Part shown: positions 36,264-48,012 of the stretch, one piece after another | Position numbering within the stretch: the first letter of the stretch is position 1 | Layout: each line of letters begins with the position of its first letter | NCBI GenBank assembly: GCA_964247055.1 | Contig: OZ176054.1 | Span: 3,348,001 to 3,412,000, forward strand | Direction of reading: 5' to 3' | Length of the DNA: 64,000 nt | Origin: Paragordius varius | Taxonomy: Eukaryota > Animalia > Nematomorpha | Translations under genes and position numbers: made by a program | The notes under the pieces: model-generated | Database searches by the model: none | What the model was told of the DNA's origin: nothing | The model's input: the letters and a program-made list of their open reading frames with translations, nothing else

Positions 36264-38136
36264 TAAAATAATAATTTGTATTCTCGTAAAATTTATTAAA
36301 TTCAAATTATATCCAAAATTTTTGATACATGAGAGTATCTTTTTCAATGGATTAAGTAAAACAAAAGAAAATAATAATAAGATTAATTAAAACAATATTT
36401 GAAAAATATAATTATAAATTATGATAACAAAAAATGCAAAGTGATGTGCATGTGTTATTGTTTTTTTCTTGGCGTGGTAAATATTTTGAAGTAATCTGTT
36501 TCTTTTAAGAAGTCTTTTGTGACTTTGTTAAGTTCTTTCCTTTCTTCTCTTCTGTTGATGAGGTAGGTGTATACTGTTTGAATGGATAAAACAAGCCTCC
36601 AAAATCAACCTATCGGATAATTTGTCGGCTTGTGCTACAATGGATGCTGGGCCGAAGGTGTGGCCTGTATTCTTGCAATGGTCGTAGACGGCCGAACCTT
36701 TTCTATTGTGTTCTTTTTCTCTAATATTTATAGGGCGTTTAGATTGTCCAATATAGTGCGCTGGACAATCATTACATCTTTTGTGGTAGACGGTACATTC
36801 GTTTTTTGGTTCTCGGCGTGTCTTAACAAACTTAATAAATTCTTTGGTGGTTTGTAATAAGCACATCCTTTTTTGTAATAATGTTGTTAACTTTTTTGGA
36901 TGTATTGTTATAAGTCAGAAAATACATCTTTCGGGCGGATTTTGCTTTTCTTTTGGGTTTAATATATTGTTTATTGAATCTGTTTTCCAATGCTTTTTAT
37001 AACCTTGATCAAGTAATATGGTTACGATTTCTGATGTTTGTGATGTTCGTACCTTTATGTCATTTGGTAGTCTAAGCGTTCTTTTTAGAAACGCGTTTGT
37101 TATGGCTTTGTAAGTTGCTACTGGATGGTTAGACGTAATGGGTAAAAATTGGTAAGAGAAAAGTTCTTTATAATGGACTTGTATGGATATACTATTGATT
37201 CTACGGGTAAGATTGAGGTCTAAAAAGTTGATACTGTTGTTTTTTTCTTCCTCTATTGTTAGTTTTAACTCGGATATTTTGTTGATAATGTTTTGAAAAA
37301 CTTTTATATTGTCAATGGTGTCGATGATTAAAATATCATCCACATAACGGGTATATAGGTTTGGACGAAATTTTTCAAAAGCCTGTTGCTCAATTAGTCT
37401 CATGCAAACTTCACCAATGATTGAACTGAATGGTGAACCCATTGGAGTTCCGCGAATTTGTTTATAGAAACTATCATTAAACGTAAAATAAGTATTATGC
37501 AGCGCAATATTTATTAGGGATTGAAGCGCACTTCGATGGATATGACTGTTAAAATAATCAATGTTATCATTAATTGTTTTGTTTAACGCCTGAAACGCTA
37601 AGATGTAATGATTGTCCAGCGCACTATATTGGACAATCTAAACGCCCTATAAATATTAGAGAAAAAGAACACAATAGAATTGGTTCGGCCGTCTACGACC
37701 ATTGCAAGAATACAGGCCACACCTTCGGCCCAGCATCCATTGTAGCACAAGCCGAAAAATTATCCGATAGGTTGATTTTGGAGGCTTGTTTTATCCATTC
37801 AAACAGTATACACCTCATCAACAGAAGAGAAGAGAGGAAAGAACTTAACAAAGTCATAAAAGACTTCTTAAAAGAAACAGATTACTTCAAAATATTTACC
37901 AGGCCAAGAAATAAACAATAACACATGCACATCACTTTGCATTTTTTGTTATCATAAATTTATAATTATATTTTTCAAATTTTGTTTTAATTAATCTTAT
38001 TATTATTTTCTTTTGTTTTACTTAATCCATCGAAAAAGATACTCTCATGTATCGAAAATTTTGGTTATAGTTTGAATTTAATAAATTTTACGAGAATACA
38101 AATTATTATTTTAACATAAAATATTCGTTCTCGTTG
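36264..38136 (-). mobile_element. 5'-truncated Penelope-like element (RT plus GIY-YIG) with ~517-bp inverted arms and a 14-bp TSD
   Basis: Minus-strand RT (GTPMGSPFS, YTRYVDD, INFLDL, SNHP) and GIY-YIG (CNDC..YIGQSKR..REKEH..LEACFI). Arms 36262-36780 and 37600-38115 are near-identical inverted repeats. ATTATAGATTCAGT occurs at 36250-36263 and 38137-38150. Confidence 0.9.
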
Positions 38137-38491
38137 ATTATAGATTCAGTATTGAAATATTTTTATCATAAACGTATTTAACTATATGATTGTAAAAAAT
38201 CTTTACAAACTATAAAAAACGTTAATACTGGTTTACCCCGCCTGGATAATAAAATGCGACGGAATCTTATAATTCTTTTTATGCATACATTTTCACAAAA
38301 AGTAGATGATCATATGTATTTATTTGTGTAAATTAATTATGCCGTGGATAACCTCACTCTCTCTGTATAAATAAAAATAAATCTTGTGAAACAATATACA
38401 CTAATTTATTTAATTAATTTTATTTTAAATGGCGCGATTTATCAATCGATTGTTTGAATGATTTTGGTCATGGAATTAACCGATTTTGTCA

Positions 38492-41400
38492 TCTATATAT
38501 TAAAAATGGAAAATGGTGGTTTTGTGATCTGTTTCCGGAAAACCGGTAGACCCGTTCAAATCCAAATGTCGTAAAAATATAATCATTAATGAATGCCCCG
38601 ACAATAGCTTCGCCTTTTTTTAAATTAGGTCCCCAGTTCGGGCCCAACCTCTGTAAATAACGTTTTTTTTGAAAACATAAGTCCACAAAAATCGGTCATT
38701 GAGACAATTTTCCCGAAAACATGTTGGAACATTCGATTTTAAATATGATTTTTTTTATATATTTTCGATTGCGCCGAACATAGACGGCTCGCTTTTTTAA
38801 TTTAGTCCCTATTTTTACCCGCGAGATTTACGCTGGTAACAAATTATATACTAGCTTTAACAAGTTTTCCCACAAAATTGGACGTGGGAGTCATAAAAAT
38901 ATTGTGTAAAATATTTATATTTAAGAAAATTGCATGAGGATTCTTATGCTGTTTTATTTTTGGATAGTTATAAAAGAAAGTTATTTTCACTTTTTTGTTC
39001 ACAGAAAATTAGCCCACAATACTATATATTAGCTAAAGGTCTTATTCCAAAAAAATATTTTTAAAATATATCATACTACATTTATAAAAGCAAAGCTATT
39101 TATAAACTTAATGTGCGATATACAAGTTTTGGGTTTCCTTTAATATGGAATAATTTTCTTAAAATAAGGGGTATAAACATTTTTAACATATACTAGATTA
39201 TGATGCATAATTCAAAATTTTTTATGGATTTTATGGTATTAAAGCATGGTGGTAAAGATATTTACAATCCATTATCTTTTGGGGTAGTTATATATTTCAG
39301 ATGAATTTGAAATTTAAATATCTTAAAACGTATTTTTAAGCCGATTTTTTTAAAAAAATTTAAAATTGTAAGAAAATCCTTATCCACTCTTTCCGTATAA
39401 TGCCATTTTTTTCAAAAAAATTAAGTCCACAAAAATAATTTTTTGAATCTATTTTTCGCCCAGGGTATGAGACCTAAAAAATTTAATGAGGATTCCAGGT
39501 ATTCCCTGTTAAAAGGCAAAAATTATAGTCGTGCGTTTTTTTATATTGGCTGCTGGGTAAACAGATACCCGCTAAAAACTGCCCCGTCATATCGAAATAG
39601 CGTGCCTTTGGAGCTAGACTTCATAAAATCTATCAGTCCATGTGAGTTCAATAGTAAAATATTACCCGTAACAAGGCAAAAATTTAGGTCCGGTTTTTCA
39701 AAATTAGCCGTTAATTAGGCCCTTCACGCCTTGAAAAATGCGCCACATATAATGATTTTTTAACTTTAAGAAAACTTTTCCAAAAACTAAGGAGAGCATA
39801 TGGAATCAATCTTGATTCCAGATATTATCCGTATTAAGGCAAAAAATTTAATCAAGCGCTTTTTTGTATCAGCCTCTTGGCATGGAGCTACCCGCCTAAA
39901 ACTGCTGGCATGGAGCTACCCGCCTAAAACTGCGCCACCATATCGAAATTGCGTTGTTTAGGACTTAAATTTAGGAAAACTTTTCAGGCCACATAAGTTT
40001 AAAAAGGACCTGAAATATTACCCGTAAAAATAAAAAAATTTAAGTCGAGCGGATTTTTTTAAATTAGCCGTTAATTAGGCCCTTTACGCCCTAAAAAATA
40101 CGCTATCATTGAACTATTATTTAGTTTTGAAGCCATTCTTCCAAAAACTATTAAGAACATAAATAATAATTGATGGATGATTTTAGGTATATCAATATAA
40201 AGGCAATTTTTATGGAACGTTTTTTTATATTGGCCTCTGGGTAGGGGACTACCCGCTTCTAATTGCGCCACCATATCGAGAGAGCGTGTTTTTGGAAGCA
40301 AATTTTAAAAAACATATCTGGCCAAATGAATAATGGCTTAAAATATTACCCATAAAAAGGCAAAAATTTAAGTAGAGCGGTTTTATTAAGTTACCCGTAG
40401 AGTAGTTAGACCTTTGCCCTGCGCAACCATAGCATGTCTTTTTGGTTTAGAGGCAATTTTTTAAAAATCCCATAAGCGGAAATGTTATAAATCATGATTC
40501 CATGTCTCCGAATTAAGGCAAAAAAATTTATCGAGCGATTTTTGTTCCCCCCCCCTGGTTAGTCGGCTACCGTAAAACTGCTTCATCATATCGATACAGC
40601 ATGCCTTTGGAGCCAAATTCTTCAAATATTAGACTAATAGAAACATCTGGAATCCATCATAATTCCAGATATTCCCGATATAAAGGCAAAAACTTTGCTT
40701 ATCGCTTTTTATATTTGCCCCTGGGTAAGGAGTTACCCGTTGGAGCCAAATTCTTCAAATATTAGACTAATAGAAACATCTGCAATTCATCATAATTCCA
40801 GATATTCCCGATATAAAGGCAAAAACTTTGCTTATCGCTTTTTATATTTGCCCCTGGGTAAGGAGTTACCCGCAAAAAACTGCGAATTGCGTTGTTTTGG
40901 ACCTAATTTACAGAAAATTTATGAAGCCATATGAGCTCATTAAAAGCTTAAAATATTACCCGTAACTAGGTAAAAATTATGGTCGGGCGTTTTTAGCCGT
41001 TAATTTGGGTTTATGTCCTAAAAATACGCCATCATATAACGATTATTTAGTGTTGAGGTATTCTTTTCAATAAACCATGAGACGATGGTATTTAAAGAAT
41101 ATTTTAAATTTTTGCCATATAAAGGCAAAGAATTTAACTCAGCGCTTTTTCCATATAGGTCTATGGGTAGAAGTCTACCGGTTAAAAACTGAAACGCTAT
41201 ACGAAAAATGACGCGGTTTTGGAGCTAGTTTTCAAAAACTAAAGACATAAGATTTAGTTAAACACAAGTCTGGGGAATTTGTATATATCATTTTTTTCTT
41301 TAAAAAGGGACCACAAATTACTTTTTATATCCCTTGATCCCAGCTGTGCGAAAACAATTTCAAAATAAAACTTTTAACCATGATTTCGTAAAACAAAAAA

Positions 41401-41637
41401 CTTAAAATAAATCCAATCATAGTTGAATATTAACTTTAATAAGGGACAGATTAAATATGGTCAATTTCGAGTAAACAATATTTGAGCCTATGCAAAAACT
41501 CGTAAAAGATTAATTAAAGGCATTCTATTTGTTAAATATGTTTTTTATTATTTTTTCCATTACTTCTTCTATTTATTGCAAATTAAGAAAAATATCGGTG
41601 AGACGACGTCACAGCGAAGCGTGACAGGGCTAGCTAG
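38492..41637 (+). mobile_element. Non-autonomous Helitron (~3.15 kb)
   Basis: 5' A|TCTATATATTAAAAATGGAAAATG; 3' hairpin GTCAC(A)GC-GAA-GC-GTGAC followed by AGGGCTAGCTAG|T, consistent with insertion in an AT dinucleotide. Pairing of the two ends into one element is inferred. Confidence 0.7.
39430..41250. repeat. Degenerate tandem array, ~330-bp units built of two diverged ~160-bp halves
   Basis: AAATATTACCC(G/A)TAA near 39657, 40013, 40341 and 40951; AAGGCAAAAA motifs roughly every 150-190 bp; recent internal 28-bp (~39878) and 133-bp (40607/40740) duplications. Confidence 0.8.
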
Positions 41638-42169
41638 TACATATATATTTTTGATAAAAAGAAGTATCAGGATTATCATAGTGCTTTTAGGCTTAACCCC
41701 TACGAGTGTTTTCACTTTTGTGGCAACTACTCCCTTTCAAAAATGCAAAATTTGAAAACATATTGTCAAATACATTTTTTGGGAAAAGCTAAATGGCTTA
41801 TTTTAAAAAATATCACTAAAATATATGATAAACTACTCAATAAAAGCAAAACAAAATTTATACTTTTGATTTTTAGATGTGGGCTCCGAAAATTTTCGCA
41901 TAATTCTTTCGCTTATGAAATACATGTCCTAAAATTACAGACTGACTATAAGAGCCCATATCTGAAAAATTACTTAATACAAATATTTAGAGATAAATTT
42001 ATGATTTATACTGACATTTTTTGGAATGAAGCATTTTGCTTGTCCCAATTATTTTTAGCAAAATGTGCAGAAATTTTACCATTTTAGATTTGCGTTTACA
42101 ACAAAATGTTCATATTTTTCTTATATCACTCGTAAACAAATACCATAAGAATCTAATACATTTACCCAT

Positions 42170-42240
<71 letters not shown>

Positions 42241-42300
42241 CTATTTTTACGTTTTTATTCTCTCAACAGTTATAATGAAAGAGTGAAATTACTGTTTGAG

Positions 42301-45300
42301 ATGAGCGAAGACCATTCATCGCGACCCCACAAGGGAATTCTCAAAACCTCCTCTAGTATTGATGACCATCGCAAAAAAGGTTCTGAACGTAAAGAAAGGT
42401 TTTTTATTTATTTAATATTTTAGCCTTAAGGACGATATAAAATGGGATGAAATGAATATATTGGCCACACTGCATCCCGAGGGTAAAGATTATGGCCATA
42501 TGAAAGTTGATGAACCAAAAACTCCTTATTCCTATGACTCTGCCGGCTCATCAGAGCTTGATCCTAACCAATTGGCAGCATCGTAATTTTATTATATTTT
42601 CCTTTATTTGCAATTATATGATCTAATTATTTTTTCTAAAAATATAATTTTCGGTGTGTGTAATGTTTTTAATAAATATCTGTGTAATGAAATGCTGTTT
42701 CTATCGATTTTTACATTAAAAATTAATAAGACTATTTGTTTTTAAGCTAAGTGTGAATAAGTAACATAATGTTAATTCTGACCATTTGATGCTTTTATAA
42801 AATTTTAATTTGTTTTTATCAGGATTTAAAAACTCATTGCATTTATTTAATTATATAGGTTTTTTATATTTAATTAAATTTTTCAACAAGTTTTTTAGAC
42901 TCTATTATTATTACATATTAAAAATTTCTTTAGATTGAATGCGGCAGTTAGTCACTCAAATGAAAAATCTGAAGCTAAACGGACCTCCCCTCCCCGACCA
43001 CATTCACCACCTCCCCCCTTATTAATTGCTCAAGAGGATAATCTTGATTTTGATGAAGGTTTTTTTATCAACTAAAATAAATTTTTAAGGGAAAAAATTA
43101 TTTTTTAGTTTTTCATTAACGAAATAGCCAAAATACTTAACTTTCAAGCTTAATTTCTTGCTTCTATATTTTTTAGGTTTTTAGATTTAAGTAAAATATT
43201 TTGGTAAAGTAAAGATTACGTTGAAGGTTTTTCGTTTAAAAATCGTTAAATTTTTATTATTAAAAAATATTTTTCATCAAAAAATAATTTTACTTCATTA
43301 ACACTCCGATTCAAATTGGGATATCTAAATACGCCAAACTAAATTTGAATTATGAATTTTAAAAAATTACTGAAGGAAACGGTTCCAATTTAAATTTATG
43401 CTTCTATCCTAATAATAATTTTATAAAAATGCCAAAATATCTAAATAAAATTTTGTTTTAAAAAAAGTTCCGTGTCAAACTAGCTTGACGCCATTTTTAT
43501 TTTAAATATTCTTGCAAAATACCGTGTTCATTTAATATTAAGGGTAAAATTAAAGCTAGTATCTTATTTAAATTACATATAACATTGATTGAAATAGAAA
43601 AAGCCATTTATTTTGTATTATTTTTCAATTTTACCATCGCACACATGTCACGTTGACTAAATTTTTACCTTTCGGTTTTAGCTTAAAATAAGTAATATGA
43701 AGTATTTTTGAATAAAGTTTTTTATATATTTCGGTTTATTAATGTTATATAAGTGCAAAATTTTGCCATGGTTTCGATTCCTTCCATATTTTTAAAGAAT
43801 TTAATTCTAAACGGGCCTGGGGTATTTAACTACCCCAATTTGAATCGAAGGACTAAAATGAATGTGTTGTATTCAAGTGTTAAAAATTAGTATTTTAATA
43901 TAAGTTAATTCGTTTACTCCGAAACGTAATATTTATATTTAACAATAAGATTATTTAAAGGTATATTGGGAATGAAAGTTGATAAAATGTTTAAAGGCGA
44001 ATCTACAGTGTTAATGATATATTTAGAAAATTAATTTTTTAACATAATTTTTTTAAACTAATGAATTTCCGGTGTTTTTTCACACATTTAATTTGTTTGA
44101 CAAACCCTTTTTTTGTTTTTATCCACTAAGTTAATAGTAAGAAATTTATTATGAAGCGACAAAGGGAGTTTATATATTTTTTTAAATAAAGTTTTAGTAA
44201 GATATTAGGATGATTCTAGAATATAAAAAAATTGTAAATTATCCCAAATATTTTTATTATTACACCATATGGTATCGCGCGCGAAATTAAGGTATCTAAA
44301 CTTATTTAAAATTGCATCACTAAATATATTCGCCAAAACGATTGCAAACGCAAAATGACTCCTAATTTAATTGTAAATTAATAGTTAATATTTGACAAAA
44401 AAATATTTTCCAAGTTTTTTGTCTCCCTAATCGTATATATATCGATAAAAAAGATTCAATTTTTTCGCTAAAATTTTTGAATTTTTTATTATTTTTTTTT
44501 CCCTACTTTTATGAATATCAATTTTAAATTAAATTTAAATATAATTTCGCTAAAACCGTTGTTTTTATTTTATTTTCCATATGTGTGTTTTAATAAGCAC
44601 ACATCGCTTTCCAAAACATGCGCCGTAAACATTACGATGAAGGACACTTTTTTGAGATTGGTCGTTCTCTCGCTGCCGCCGACGAAGAAATTTCAAATTC
44701 AACCTCTTTAATAAAAACAGATTCAGACAGCCCTGAAAAAATTTATGTTGTCGCAAATTTTGTTGACAACAATAGTTTAAGTAGCGCTCCTGGTGATATT
44801 GATACAAATAAACCTTTAATAATGAGTCATGAAGAGAAGAAGACTAAAACCACCATTTGTCAATCTTTGGTGGTAGAAAATTCTAGTAATATTCCCATAT
44901 CGTCAATTATTTCATCCTTGCCGACTATTGTAACAGATAATAAAGTTAATGAACAAAATGCTAAATCTAAAGAAGAACACACTTTCTCTGCGCTATTAAA
45001 TAATAAACCTTCTGTTGTTCCAGAAATAAATAAGAATAAAAACCCGGTTTCCGCAAAAACAGACCCGAAAAAAATAAGTAAAAAACTCCCAGAAACTAAT
45101 TCAGATGAATCCAGTTCTTCTGATGAGGAAAATGATTCTATAGCATCCACAAAATCGACCAAGAGCACAAAATCTCAAAAATCTCGCGCTAAAAAATCGC
45201 CTTTCAAAGAGGAATCATTAAAAACGTCTAAAACTAAAATTAGTCCTTCAAAAACCTCCATATCATCTGATAGTAAAAGTGCAAAATCAAGCGATAAAAA

Positions 45301-48012
45301 AGTTAAGAAAGTTTCTCCTTCATCGTCGCACAAAAAAGTTTTGTCGCCTTCAAAATCACAACAAAGTATCAACAAGAAAAAAGCGGTCACCAAAAATAAA
45401 TGATTTTTGCATTTTTAGTGCGCGGTTGTTAAATATTAATTTATCTGTTACATTCCAGAAATATAAAGTTTTAAAAAATCGAACTTTAAACATTTCAATT
45501 GTTTTACGCGTCGCAATATCAACCCATTTTTTATGCTTTCATAACGCATCGCAATAATGTAATTTTAAATTGATTAACCAATTTTTATATTTAAACATAT
45601 AAATTATGATTTAAAAATCTAAAAATCCGAATATCTAAAAATATCAATAAATTACGTTCATGTCGCATCGCAATAATATAATTTTAAACTGTTAAACCAA
45701 TTATATTTTCTCACTTGCAAATTATGATTCACGAATCCACAAATCCAAATTCAAAAGCATTAATAAATGGATTTATTTTGCTATTGATTAATTGTATTAC
45801 AGTATCGCTTATTGAAACCTGGTAGCTAAAGTATCTCCTGTTTAATTATGTTGGATTTTTTTCGCGTTCATAATTTCGTTAAAAACTTTTTTAAATAAAA
45901 GTAATATAGTTAATGAATGGATCGATACCTTTTTGTTTTCCTTTCCTTTTATGTCCTTCTACCGTTATTAGAGATTTAAAACTATTTTCATATTAACGGT
46001 AAATGCAATTACTATTATTATCCAATAATTTATTATTGGTTTTGCCATTAACGCTTGGCCTATCGACATGTTAATGTGTAAAGCTTTTAGATAAAAAAAC
46101 CTGATCTATTATTAACACATTGTTAGAATATCGTATTATTAGATTAATTTTATCATGAGTGTTATTGAGATTTAAACAGTATTTGAAATGTAATTTTTAC
46201 TAATTAACTTGGAAACCAGAACGGATCTCAATAATTAAAATGAAATGTAAAAACGTCGTTATCAGATTAATTGCAACTGAAGTGATTTATGTGATTAATT
46301 TTATCGCAATTGGCCAATAAACCCGCGCCTTTTATCAATTATTCCTTCTTTTTTTTAAAGTATAATTTATACGCATCTAATATAATCTTAACTCATTACA
46401 AAAGTAGGGAGGGATATTAAATGAATTTTTTAACATAGGAAATTAATTACATTTCCATTTTTGGAATATTTTTTGTACTGATACTATGACATTCATTGGT
46501 TCTGGATTTTACACGCTTTTTTAATCTCCTAGCTCTCTAATTTTTTCTGGTGACATGGTTAAAGCAGTTTCGATCGAATGTTTTGAGTTTAATCGTCGTA
46601 TCAATAATCCTGATTTTTAATTGTTTTTATTCAATTAGTTTGCAGCATCTTTCGCCAACACTGCATTTTCAATATATTTTTCATTTCCCCCTTCTTTTCA
46701 TATAAAAGTAATGTCAACATTTTCACCTATTCTTTGTTTCTTCAAAAATATAAAATATTTTATAATTATCATATGATAAAAATAATTTATTAAAAGTTAA
46801 AATAGTTTTATGTAAAATGTCAAAAATCATTGTTTACCCCCAAAAAACCGATTTCCATATGGGCATTTAAAACCGCAACACAAAATGCGTTATAAAAACA
46901 TGGATATTTGCTATTAAAAATTTATTTCGGTTTTCTGTTCAGGTTTTCTATTTTAACTGTTTTAAAATTACGGAGTTATATTAGGTCTAAATTAACACTT
47001 AAAAATACGAAAGATAGCGGTATTTAAAATGGCATTTCTTCACGCATGACTTTATCGCTGATACGCTATTCGATAACTAATAATTCACATTAGGCCACCT
47101 AAATTTAGTCTGATATGTAATTTTGATAAGCGTTTACAATATAACAGATTATTAACAGTTGTTAAAATCTGTAAGATAACGATAAATAAAAATTAAATAG
47201 AATTAAATGAAAGTATAAATAGAAATTATAAACGATATGTGAAACCCTTCGTCAATAGTAATCGCAGACTAGTTTCGTGCTTGTTGGCACTCATCAGTAC
47301 GACACAACTATTTGACTTGGGGTTTTCACATATCGATTTCGTATATATATCTAACTTTGCAATTTTGGTATAAATGCAGTTGGTTATACGAATTTAAATT
47401 GAATTTAATGGAATTTATGAAAATTAATCTGAAATTTTGAAAATAAACTGAAAATTAACTCTAGGGGTGAGCCTAGATTTAGAGTATAGCTACTTAGGGA
47501 TTTCATAGAAATCAATTTAATAACTAAGAAGCACTCTATTTTGATAAACATAAGATAAAGATGATATTTTAATGGCAAATAACGGATTGGTTATGTTTTG
47601 TAATAACAGTTGTTTAAATCCGTAAGTAACGATAAAGGAAAATTAAATTGAATTAAATGAAAGTATAAACAAAAATCATAAACCACTATAACAGATTATT
47701 AAACCTTCACATCTTACATCCAATCCACCCATAGGATTGTGCATTTCAAAAAATTTAATTAGATTGTTTATAAATGATAAATATGTATTATATATAGATA
47801 TGCAACACCATGACCCCGAGTTTGAAAAGAAACGACGTATGCATTACAATGAATATCAAGCCGTAAAATTGGCCAAAAAACTGCTATCAAATGAAATCCC
47901 TGACGCTGATAAACTTGCCGCCGAAGAGGATAGAAGGATCAAAGAGGCCGAACTCAATGCCAAAAAGAATTTGCAAATACTGTCACAATACAAAAATGGC
48001 CCCGATAAATAA
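42301..48012 (+). CDS. PPP1R2: Protein phosphatase 1 inhibitor-2, canonical isoform, 4 exons, 198 aa
   Basis: Exons 42301-42398, 42424-42582, 42934-43058, 47798-48012 (597 nt). [46 protein letters not shown]. Confidence 0.93.
43298..43883. mobile_element. piggyBac-like family B, copy 4 (PPP1R2 intron 3)
   Basis: TTAA|CACTCCGATTCAAATTGGG ... CCCCAATTTGAATCGAAGGACTAAAATGAATGTGTTGTATTCAAGTG|TTAA. Confidence 0.85.
44598..45403 (+). CDS. PPP1R2: Putative alternative terminal exon of PPP1R2 (395-aa isoform with a Ser/Lys-rich tail)
   Basis: Pyrimidine-rich acceptor ..GTTTTAATAAG at 44597, phase 1 like exon 3's donor. Opens [25 protein letters not shown], which aligns to the HYNE helix. 806-nt open frame; AATAAA overlaps the last codons. 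Confidence 0.7.
47156..47686 (-). mobile_element. Retrozyme-like / Penelope-derived non-autonomous insert (~451-bp unit plus ~78-bp terminal repeat, 16-bp TSD)
   Basis: TATAACAGATTATTAA at 47140-47155 and 47687-47702; imperfect direct repeats 47156-47233 and 47607-47683; carries a hammerhead motif. Confidence 0.7.
47261..47303 (-). ncRNA. Minimal type I hammerhead ribozyme
   Basis: Minus strand GUCGUA-CUGAUGA-GUGC(CAACAA)GCAC-GAAAC-UA-GUC^UGCGAU: full conserved core, 6-bp stem I, 4-bp stem II, palindromic ACUAGU in place of helix III. Confidence 0.85.

Noticed and set aside
39430-41250. CRISPR-like array
   Set aside because: Eukaryotic context, long degenerate units, no unique spacers and no cas genes.
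44860-45393. Minus-strand ORFs in the track here and antisense ORFs across 58903-62232
   Set aside because: Antisense shadows of real exons with low-complexity translations.
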